Below, piece by piece: positions 48,101-57,074 of a DNA stretch of 64,000 nucleotides. The notes below the pieces were generated by a model that was not told the DNA's origin, made no database searches, and saw only the letters and a list, made by a program, of their open reading frames with translations. Position numbers and translations under genes: made by a program. Origin of the DNA: Azolla caroliniana (taxonomy: Eukaryota; Plantae; Polypodiophyta). Within the stretch, counting starts at the first letter, position 1. Each line of letters opens with the position of its first letter. The DNA is taken from positions 12,958,001 to 13,022,000 of the forward strand of contig JBHGNT010000020.1 in assembly GCA_043228905.1 (NCBI GenBank). Reading direction: 5' to 3'.

Positions 48101-50521
48101 GAGTCGGATTCCCTTCGAGCGACAGTACTCCTGGAACTGCCCCCGGTATTCCCCTCCGTTATCCGCTCGTATCGCTTTCAGCTTCTTGCCGGATTCCCTT
48201 TCCACTCTCGCGTGGAGTTCTTTGAAGACGGACAACACTTGGTCCTTTGTCTTCAACGGTGCCGTCCACAGCTTCCGGCTGTGATCATCAATGAATGTCA
48301 CGAAGTACTGGGCTCCGCCATGTGACTTCGTTTCTACCTGACACACATCAGTGTGCACCAACTCCAATGGTGCGCTACGTCTCGTCGGTGGCCTTGAGTG
48401 GAAGGAGGTTCGGTTCTGCTTACCGGCCAGGCAATCGGTGCACTTCTCCAGGTGCACGTGCTTCACTGGGATGAGGTTGTCTTCTGCAAGCCTCTTCATC
48501 CCCTTCTCACTCATGTGGCACAGTCTTTTGTGCCACAGCTCACCGGCAGTGTCGGCTGCCACATTCAGCTCTTCCGGACATAACCGGGCATTCATCAGGT
48601 ACAGTGTGTTGACCTTCCGGGCCCGAACCACTATCAAGCTCCCCTTGCTGAACTTCATGACACCGTTCCGGATGCTACCCGTGTAGCCTTCATCATCTAG
48701 CCTCCCGGCCGAAATCAGGTTCAATCGGACCTCCGGAACGTGTCGGACATCTTTCAGCAGCATTTTGCATCCGGTCGGGGTTGTCAACCACACGTCTCCT
48801 ATGCCGGCAATCCGGCACGTACCTTCATTTCCCATCCGAACACAGCCATGCTCGCCGGCTGTGTAGGATGAGAAGTATCTTCTCTCCGGGGTCAGGTGGA
48901 ACGATGCTCCGGAATCGACCACCCAGGTCGTCTCATCGCCGGCAACGTTTAGCTCACCTTCTTCGGTGATGAGCATGATTTCTTCCTCACTTGCCGCGAG
49001 TGCCGTTGTTCCTTTCCGGTCTTGCCCTCGCCGATCCGAACCGCTCCGGTCCGTGGCTCCCCGGTATGCACCGTTTCTCTCCGGTGACTTCTTCGAGTCG
49101 GTGTCGTCGGCTCCGTTGTCTTTTCGGTAATGCCGACAATTCTTTCGGAAGTGCCCCGGCTTCCCACAGTGGAAGCATGTGGGCCTTCCTCTTGACTGCG
49201 ACCGGGTCCCCGACTTCTCCCGTCTTTGCGGACTCCGGTTCCATTGTCTTCCCCGATCCGATTCGGTAAACAGCATCTTCGGGTCGGAGGCCGGTTCCTT
49301 ATCTCTCCGACGCGCTTCTTCATTCAGAATACTTGTCTTTACAGTTTGTAAGGACAAGTTATCTTCGGTGCACGAGGTGCTGAGAGTCACCACCAAGTTC
49401 TCCCAGCTTTCCGGCAATGTACACATCAGGATGATGGCTTGCATTGCATCCTCCAACGGGAACTTGATCGCCGCAAGCTGGTTCACGAATCCCATGAACG
49501 TGCTTACGTGTTCCACCATACTCTCGCCGTCCCGATACTTGAGATTCACAATCTTCCTCATCAGGGAGGTCCGGTTCAACGCATTCTTCCTCTCATAGAG
49601 GCCAGACAGCTTCTTCCACATCTCGTATGAGTTGGTGTCGTTCGCCACATGTTGCAGGACGCTTACGTCGACATATTGTCGGATCGTCGCTACGGCTTTC
49701 CGGTTCAGGAGCTTCCACTCCGACTCAAGTACCCCCTTCGGTATTTCCGACCTGTCAATCGGTTCGTACAGGTCCCGAACAATCAGAAGATCCTCCATCT
49801 TGATCTTCCAGTCGGCGTAATTCTGTGCATTCAGCACCATCATCATCGGCTGCCCGCTGCCGCCGCCTTCCATTTTCTGCAACAGTCGCTCTGATACCAG
49901 TTTGTAAGGAATAGGCCCTTCTATCCACCTTCTTATCTCGGCCACAACCGATTAATCGCGGATCAATGGAGCAAAAAATAGGAAACACACGTAGAAACAA
50001 AACGAAGAAACGCGAGTACACAAGGATTAACGTGGAAAACCCTAAACGGGGAAAAACCACGGGAGTACAAGACTCCAAACAACACTATACAGAGAAGTAT
50101 ACAATGACGAGCTCCAAGGCGACGACCTTGAGCTCGCTGTCCTCGCCACAGGCGGCGGAAATACACAGAGGCGTCTACCTCTTTCTCTTCGCGCTCTCTC
50201 TCTTTCTCTCTCACACGGCTGCTCTCTCTTCACTCCTCTAAAGTGGAAAAACAGAAAAATGAGAAGCAACAGAAAAACTGTTTGCCCTAAGTCATATTTA
50301 TACTTATATGACTTTGGGCTATTTACAACTATAGCCTCAGGGGGCTCGTAGCGAACATATTCACGGATATGTCCCTGCATCCGGATCGCTCTCCGGGTAC
50401 ATTCGTCATCCGGCACCGAAGCCGGGGTCTTCGTCATCCGGATCCGAAACCGAAACCGGGCTTGTCGGCATTCATCTCCGATATCCGACCATCCCATCCG
50501 AAAGGGACCGAAATCCCAACA
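45198..50521 (-). mobile_element. Intact young Ty1/copia retrotransposon (Tnt1/Tork-like)
   Basis: 619-bp LTRs at 45198-45816 and 49903-50521 with only one difference noticed, exact TSD GGTGT, PBS TGGTATCAGAGC (tRNA-iMet) at 49888-49899, PPT at 45817-45829, and an uninterrupted ORF. Confidence 0.97.
45827..49873 (-). CDS. Copia Gag-Pol polyprotein (1348 aa from MEGGG)
   Basis: Zinc knuckle CFHCGKPGHFRKNC, protease WVVDSGASFH, LWHKRLCH, integrase VHTDVC..ADNGGEY..NGLAERMNRT, RT MDVKTAFLHG..LYGLKQAPRQW..LYVDDML, and RNase H ALSTTEAEY. Confidence 0.97.
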   Translation of the reverse strand: MEGGGSGQPMMMVLNAQNYADWKIKMEDLLIVRDLYEPIDRSEIPKGVLESEWKLLNRKAVATIRQYVDVSVLQHVANDTNSYEMWKKLSGLYERKNALNRTSLMRKIVNLKYRDGESMVEHVSTFMGFVNQLAAIKFPLEDAMQAIILMCTLPESWENLVVTLSTSCTEDNLSLQTVKTSILNEEARRRDKEPASDPKMLFTESDRGRQWNRSPQRREKSGTRSQSRGRPTCFHCGKPGHFRKNCRHYRKDNGADDTDSKKSPERNGAYRGATDRSGSDRRGQDRKGTTALAASEEEIMLITEEGELNVAGDETTWVVDSGASFHLTPERRYFSSYTAGEHGCVRMGNEGTCRIAGIGDVWLTTPTGCKMLLKDVRHVPEVRLNLISAGRLDDEGYTGSIRNGVMKFSKGSLIVVRARKVNTLYLMNARLCPEELNVAADTAGELWHKRLCHMSEKGMKRLAEDNLIPVKHVHLEKCTDCLAGKQNRTSFHSRPPTRRSAPLELVHTDVCQVETKSHGGAQYFVTFIDDHSRKLWTAPLKTKDQVLSVFKELHARVERESGKKLKAIRADNGGEYRGQFQEYCRSKGIRLEFTVPKTPELNGLAERMNRTIMERVRSMLAHAKLPKGFWAEAMSTATYVINRSPSVPLDGDTPQKVWTGKEVSYRHLKVFGCLAYVHVAKDRRGKVDPKTRPCIFLGYGDDEFGYRVWDPVDKKIFRSRDIIFMENKTLADWESEKKMKSSKSTGEDQLYEEQSRPARDRLALEEPAEEDENDTGTGPDPEMVSDEEESEEPVTEAPERRYPLRERRAPRRFPEPEHVLLTDEGEPESFEEAKHDTQSRRWLSAMQDEMDSLHENHTYELVELPKGKRALRNKWVFKLKPGDAGNPPRYKARIVVKGFQQKKGVDFDEIFAPVVKMTSIRTVLSIAASMDLEVEQMDVKTAFLHGDLEEEIYMQQPEGFEKKGKEHLVCRLKKSLYGLKQAPRQWYRKFDSFMTDEGYLKTQSDHCVFVKKFEGGDFLILLLYVDDMLIVGRDQVKIRMLKKALHRTFSMKDLGPARQILGMHIIRDRKKKQLWLSQEKYVTKVLQRFNMSEARPVGSTLPANCKLTSKQSPKTKAEKEDMMEVPYASAVGSLMYAMVCTRPDIGYAVGVVSRYMSNPGKEHWNAVKWILRYLKGTANVCLRFGSGKPELEGFTDSDMSADADTSRSTSGYVMTYAGGAVSWQSRLQKTVALSTTEAEYMAAVEAGKEIIWMKDFIRELGIRQEEYRLYCDSQSAIHLAKNAAYHSRTKHIQRRYHWIRERIEDKEFVLTKIHTDENGSDMLTKVLTPDKLEACRKRIGLERHPMPK

Positions 50522-52560
50522 GGTGTCCACTACCGTCAGTCCTTTCTCTGGATTAGAAAAGAATGTCGGAGCCGGTGGCGTGCCGACCATAGTCATTCCC
50601 ATCTTCAGTCCTTCCATAAACCGTGGCACTAACTTCAATAGCCGACCTAATGGCAGCGTGATTTGGCATTCTTGCAACGCCTGCCATGTTCGGTTTTCCG
50701 CCTGGCTATTGCCAGTGGGCTCCTCTAGATTCTACTTTTGTTGCTCCAGTTCTGCCACATTCGGCTCATTTGCCTTCTTTACCCATTCAGTGGCCTGCTT
50801 CAAGATGGCTTCTTGGGTTTCCCATTCCGTTGCTTTTCCTTTTGCCCTCGTGGTCACTTGTTGTATGTCCACGACCTCCACCACCACCATGTTTACTACT
50901 GGTCCCTTATCGTAGCTTTTCGCCAGACATTGGTTACTGTAGTGTCCCTCTTGTCGGCAATAGTAGCAGTATGCCTTTCAAGTGTTGCTGAATTCTATTT
51001 TCGCCCCGACACCCGGTTAAGGTCCTGTGGTAAGTGCTTGGCCTTGGTCCGGTTGGCTGCTTGATGTACCCTGTTCCGGCTCCTGTTGGTGACCCCCTTT
51101 TTTAGTGAAATGTTGTTTTTTGTTGAAAGGCTTTTTGTTTCAGAAATCCTGTCAGAGCCAGTCGTCGTACTTGCCATAGTCCTCCCTTTGGGGGTTGTAA
51201 CCGGGGGAGTGATCCCGGTTGTAATGCTCATTCTGTTCCCCATTATAGTCCCGATATCTGTCATATCTATCATACCGATCGCAGTCATAAGCGTTTCTTC
51301 AATCACCGTACCAGACATCTTGTGCCAGCCAGTAACGTTCCTCTCGCCATCAACGCTATTCCTCCTCCTCCTAGTTGCTCCTTGGTTCGATTTGCCGGAC
51401 CGGTGGTGCTTGTCGATTCAGCAAGTTATACTCGCACCGATCCATTGTGTGATTTCTAGAATGGCAAAGCAGGCATTGAGAACGCATGGTGCACTCCAAC
51501 GCCGAATGTCCGGCATTCAGGCAAGTCGTACATTGAACTGCTTGTTGAAAGCGGAGGTCTTCATCAGTCGGTAACGTTCGTTGGAGTGCCCCCATCGTCA
51601 GCTACGAGCTGGAGTTTTCCATTTCCTTGACTCAGTCTATGACCTGGTCAACGGAACTCGTGCGGAAATCAATGACTATGCACACCTTTCATAGGGGTTC
51701 CCAGAGTGCTGCTAGGAATATCGCCTTAGTCTCTTCCTCCAGTGGTGCCTGACTAAGCTGGTTGTGCATTCTCTGGAATCAGATTACAAATTGTTGAATG
51801 TTCTCTGTGGGCTCCTGCCTGATGGTATAGAATAGGCCAGCCATTTCCCACTGATCCACTTCTTTGTGAAAAAAATGTAAGAATTTAGATTTCAAGGCCT
51901 CAAACGTCGTGATGGTACTGGGATCTTGCATCAGGCGCCATCTAGCGGCGGGCCCTTCCAGGGTCATGCCGAACTCCGCCATCTTTGAGCGTTCTGCTTC
52001 GGCCGTGATTAACCGTTGTGACACATGATTTGCTTCCCAGGTCTGATGAAATGCATAGACGTGGGCCTCTACGTCCGGATCATCCCGGTACTTGGGATAT
52101 TGAAATGGCATGTCGTCGTCCGGTGTTGGAACGCGAGCTGGCGGTGTCGGAGGTCTCTCCGCCTCCTTTGTCAGAGGTCTTTCTTCCTCTGTGGGAGGTA
52201 TTTTCGCCTCTGCTTCGGTTGTTGGGGTTTGCTCAGTCCTTGGCCGATCTGTGGCTTCCAGCTCTGTCAATTCTAGTTCCGGTGTCGGTGAGGTCTCTGA
52301 TTCCTCATCTGCCGGTTCGTCTGGGGTGTCGTGACTGTTGCAGTAATTAGAATGAGCGCTATATTCGCCGTCTAAGTCTGATTCAAAGGCCGAAAATGGT
52401 TTTGAATCGCCATCTCCTGCAGCTAATGTCTGCAGTAGGGATTCCGTTTCCCAAAGACTACTCAAGCTGCTTCCTTCATCGGGCTGGAAATCTTGTTGCA
52501 AACGGAGTGACTCCTCAGCCACTCGCCGGATCACTTTGGAAAATGATTGGTCCGAACGAA
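50522..52560 (-). pseudogene. gag of the Athila/Tat-like element
   Basis: FGMTLEGPAARW..TFEALKSKFL (retrotransposon gag) and twin knuckles CTTCLNAGHSALEC and CLLCHSRNHTMDRC, interrupted by stops and frameshifts. Confidence 0.85.
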
Positions 52561-53453
52561 TTTCTTCCGCCGCTTACTGGAAGGCCTCTCGCTTCCGCAG
52601 GCGCTCAGCGAGTCTCCTTGCTCGATCCGTAACGGGTCCGCTCGTTGGTCTAGTCATCCATTCCTGTCGTTGTTCACGGCGTTTATGCAGGAATCGTGGT
52701 CGCCAAAAACCGTGTTATTCCTTAGGGCCGGACAATAGCCTAACACAGGGTGTCTACAGAAGACACTTCACCAAAGGGTGTTACGGTGAAACAAAGTTAG
52801 ACCAACGATTAATCAGACCTTAATCAGTTACTTAACCCACATATCCTTAATCTTAATACACGCGTAAGATAGAAAGTAATTAGCACAGAACGATAATCAA
52901 TACACAGAGATAAGACAATAGAGCTTTATTAATTATCCGTCGTCATTTACAATGTAACCGGCCCTTTTTATAGATCACCGGCTCTGCCTACAAAACGGTG
53001 CCAACCGGCACACTAATATGAACCGGTCCGGATCTAGATCGGCATACCGATTCCGGTCCATCCGTTCACTTCTCTGAAATCTACTTAACTACTTAATATC
53101 CTAATAACAGCCTCTGATTATTCCTGCCCTTTCATATTCTGAACTGTCCTCCACTCCTTGTCAACTGGCTAACACTTCAACACCATACCCTCGATATGCT
53201 TCATATTCGGGGGTGCCCCCCCAACTTGAGTTTGGTTATTAGTGGTATATTCTAGTTCGGCGAGGCGAGTGCCGATACGCGGTAGTGGGGGTTGTTGGGG
53301 AAGTATTGTTGGTAGTTGTGGGCGGCTAAACAGTGGAGGTGAGCGTGGGTGCTCTACCATTGGTGTTTGGCTATACCTTCCGTTTGGGGCTTGCCAACAG
53401 TTCTCTTGAGAATGCATCACGAAAGCTTTGCACCACTTACAGTATTGCGACCG

Positions 53454-54287
53454 TCATTGGTGGAGGAGGGGGCACCTGTGCCCCGTGTGATGGCCATGGC
53501 ATACTGTACACCTTACATTTTCTCTTTGGGCGTATGCTTGGGGTCTTTCTATACAGGATGGTCTCGGTGGCGTGGGTAGAGTGGGGTCCGAGGGCTTCTC
53601 ATGGTTGTTCGTAGGCGTTTGAGTGGGTATATGTAACCCGCTCATTGAATCCTCGAAGGCCATCACTACCGTGCAAGTTTCAGCGAACGACCAAAACATC
53701 CTGGCAATTAGGAAATTTTGGAGCGTCGGATCGAACAACCCATTGATGAAGCGGCTCATCAACTTGTCATCCGTCATCTTGTCACTCAGGCTACAACAAT
53801 GGTGTAGGCTTTTTGTGTGGCATATGTAGTCCCTAACCGTCTTGTTCGCTTCTTGCTTGAGGGCGAAAAGTTGGTCGATTGGGTTCCATTTATTCCCTAG
53901 ACGAGCGAAGTTTATCAAGAAATCTTTGATGACATACTCGAAGTACGCGACGATGTCCTCATTCAAGGTTCTAAACCAAATTCCAGCTTGGTCATCGAGT
54001 GTAAGCCCAAATGCAGCTACTTTGGTGGTCTCTGTGAGGGGTTCATAAGCGCGACAGATATGTTTGAACCTCTCGACGTGATCATAGGCGTCACCGAAAC
54101 CGAGAAAACGGGGTACTAATTTAGAAATGGAAGCACTCTTCCCACTGCCATTTGTAGTGTTTCTCGAATGGTCCGTGGGTGCTCGCTCCTTTTCCATCAA
54201 TGCCACGAGGGTTTGGATGGATTGTAACGCTAGTGCGAGTTCGGTGTTTGGGGATGTCGAGGCAGTTTGGTGGTGTCGAGTGTCCAT
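53454..54287 (-). pseudogene. gag of the Athila-like non-autonomous element (continues at about 37118-36500 beyond the nested element)
   Basis: F.G..DAYDHVERF, FGLTLDDQAGIWF, LKQEANKTVRDY and FINGL, with knuckles CTVCHGHHTGHRC, CFIYQGPHMVSEC (degenerate) and CPGCGKDHLVPDC. Confidence 0.88.
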
Positions 54288-54829
54288 ACATCGTGGTGTC
54301 GAGTGTCATTGCGTGTGGGCTTCGTTTGGACTGTCGCCCATTGTGCTCGAATCCGGCGCGGGGCTGCGCTCACAGCCTCGACGATGCGTATGCAATGATG
54401 CTTCTAGGAGGTGAAGTTTTTGTTGCACTCGTGCGAATCTGTCTTTCCTTTCTGCCAAAGAGGCTTTGATATCTCGGGTGATGTTTTCCGGTTGTCCTCC
54501 TTTCGCGAGTTGTACCGTCCATATATTGATTTCTTGTTCTATCACGCATAATTCCTGTGTGGCATCCCATATGTGTCGTTCTATGCTGATTGGGTCTGCC
54601 ATTGGGCTCTCTTGTAGAGGGGGTGTGTTGAGAGGTGCTTTAGTTGTTGGGCTCGATGGGAGGTTTATGTTTGGTAACGTCCCCAGAGTTAACCACCCTC
54701 CATGGAATCGAGTTGGTTTAGATGGGTTAGCACCGTGCGTTTGGTCAGTTTGGGTGGACTCCTCCTAGTGTGTGGGTCAGGTTTTGAACATCTCTGTCCA
54801 TGAGGATCCGGCCATGTTCTCTTGCCAAG

Positions 54830-55302
54830 CTTTGCGGGTTCGTCGAAATATGATCCTTCATCGAACTTTTTGGGTTTGGTAGACTCTAATCTTTCGTCTA
54901 ACTTTGTGGGTTTGGCAAACTTTGACCTTTCATTGAAAGATGTGGGGTTCATTGAACTTTGATCTTTCGTCGAAGGATGTGGGTTCGTTGAAAGATGTGG
55001 GTTTGGCAAACTTTGATCTTTCGTCGAAGGATGTGGGTTTGTCGAACTTTGATCTTTCGTCGAAGGATATGGGTTCGTCGAACTTTGATCTTTCATCGAA
55101 GGATGTGGGTTCGTCGAACTTTGATCTTTCGTCGAAGGATGTGGGTTCGTCGAACTTTGATCTTTCGTCGAAGGATGTGGGTTCGTCGAACTTTGGTCTT
55201 TCGTCGAAGGATGTGGATTCGTCGAACTTTGATCCTTCGTCGAAGGATGTGGGTTCGTCGAAAGATGCGGGTTTGGCAAACTTTGATCTTTCGTCGAAGG
55301 AT
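54830..55302. repeat. 36-bp tandem repeat built from two 18-bp subunits, in the 5' internal region
   Basis: TCGTCGAAGGATGTGGGT plus TCGTCGAACTTTGATCTT, with 12-aa periodicity in the overlapping ORFs. Confidence 0.93.
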
Positions 55303-55665
55303 GCTTCCCTTATCGAACTCCAATCTTTCGACAAACTTTGAGTGGGAAATTTGAATTTGTTGGCGCCAATAGTTGTTTCGTGTCCCGTAGGATTATCGTA
55401 CTCAGTGAGAATTGTGGCGATTATTCTTGCCTTGCAATGGCTAAATCTCAACAATGCTTAGCGTTAACTGGACGAATAGTTTGCTAATGTCCGGGCGATT
55501 AAGGGTAAATTAAAACTAAAAAACATAGAAAATTAACTTAATTAAAATGTGAAATAGGGAGCATGAAAAATGGAAAATAGTGGTTTCCTTTTGATTTCTT
55601 CCCTCGTTAAGTGGTTTGCCTATGAGTGTTTGACCACTCGAAATCGGCTTCAAGCGTCGGTCGTA

Positions 55666-55683
55666 TCCCCGACAGCAGCGCCA
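55666..55683 (-). promoter_or_regulatory. Primer binding site, tRNA-Asp-like (Athila type)
   Basis: Minus strand TGGCGCTGCTGTCGGGGA versus the expected TGGCGCCGTTGCCGGGGA (3 transitions), 6 nt from the LTR. Confidence 0.78.
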
Positions 55684-55689
55684 AATAGA

Positions 55690-56213
55690 TGTGTATGATC
55701 TATGTATTGATGGAGTTAACTCCTCGATGTCATTTGCGGAGTTCGGACCAGCGTATACCCTTTTGATGGCGAATCGGACGGAGATGGTTGTCGGACACCT
55801 CTGAGCCTCACACTCACTTAACGATTAATAGATGATTAAGCATGATATCTCTCTCACTCTCTCGAGCTCACTCTCATAGACAATAGGGTAATGAATATAG
55901 ACAATAAGAGTAATGAATATGTTATTAACCCTCTTTGCTAAGAGGTCTAGCACCAACAAGGAAGAGAGATTAGTGTTCTCTAACAAAACACTTCACTAAT
56001 CTCTCTTAAGCTTAAAGGTTGGAACCCTTACAAAGCCACCACTATGTGGTTTATATAGCATTCACGTTTAGGGTATGAACCTTTCACACTTGGACGTCCC
56101 TTAGCCTCTTTTCCTCTTGCCATTTCCTCTTCATAGGTCCTTCAACACATACTACGTCCTTGTTGATGCGCTCTTCTCCATGATTGGTTGTGGTGCAATC
56201 CAAACGCTTAACA
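55690..56213 (-). repeat. 5' LTR of the Athila-like element (524 bp)
   Basis: Direct repeat of 22609-23191. Confidence 0.92.
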
Positions 56214-57074
56214 TCAACATCCAAGATGTTACCTTGACCGAAGTAGCAATCCAAACTTTTTGACGCATCTGTGGGACTTTAGCACTCAAAATATCTGCTG
56301 ATAACAAAGTCTCATAATAAGCGGCTACAATATGCCTCATTTCAACTCTATCGGTTGTGACAGAACCGTCACATCTTTTCAACTTCACAATCTGAATATT
56401 ATTTCTTTTGGACATAACATTTTGGAAATTTTCTTTTGACATGGCGTCACCTTTTGCACACCATCTTGTTGCAAATGCTTGAAAAGAAAATTGAGCACAT
56501 TTTTGTTGTAATGAAGAAAACAACATCATAACATTTTGCAATTCAGAATGAATATATTGAGAATGAGGTTGTTTTTCTTGCAAAATTTGAAGAGAAGCCA
56601 AACCTCTCTTAGCATTCAACAAGCCTCTATTGATGTACAAAGAAGTTGGAGACTGCAATAAAATCATTCAGCAATTTCTAACAATTAGAATCACTAGTAG
56701 CCATTCTCCAAAGTGAAAAAACTGAATGTTGCAAAGTCATATCAACAACAATAAACCTTGGCACATACAATCGAGAAATAGAAGTATGATGGTCCATACA
56801 GAATTTAAGCAGAACTGAAGAATGATTAGAGAATGAAGTGCCAGATACAATACCCCTCCGTGATCCCAAAAAAAAGAATCCAAGTAAAACCTATCTATTT
56901 TGAACAACTTGAGAGAAAGAATTCTTCGATTGGAACTTGAATATAACAATGAATCATGCATGCAAGAGAAAGTAGGAATATGCCCAAATTAGTAACTTCA
57001 TATTTGAAAATTAGTTTTTCCCACTCACGCAATTCCAAACCCGAAATAGTAACAGAAGAACCACCTAATCTATC
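56214..57074 (-). mobile_element. L1-type LINE, endonuclease C-terminus and linker segment
   Basis: KIDRFYL, FSNHSSV (degenerate SDH motif), RWCAKGD and YYETLLS. Confidence 0.85.

Larger units (their letters stand above)
37120..53174 (-). mobile_element. Athila/Tat-like Ty3/gypsy element with gag-pol and an extra 3' ORF, carrying a nested Copia and a solo LTR
   Basis: 396-bp LTRs at 37120-37515 and 52779-53174 (TGTTA...TAACA). It is inserted in the gag of the host element, with imperfect flanking duplication CCTCAG/CTTCAA. Confidence 0.92.
22609..56213 (-). mobile_element. Athila-like non-autonomous LTR retrotransposon (own length about 8.9 kb) carrying three nested insertions
   Basis: LTRs at 22609-23191 and 55690-56213, flanking duplication TCAACAT, tRNA-Asp-like PBS at 55666-55683, PPT GGGGGAGA next to the 3' LTR. 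It contains gag, zinc knuckles, two protease domains and an extra 3' ORF, but no RT, RNase H or integrase. Confidence 0.88.

Noticed and set aside
49874-49945. N-terminal 24 aa of the 1372-aa ORF
   Set aside because: It starts inside the LTR at a non-ATG codon and crosses the PBS. The ATG at 49873 is the plausible start.
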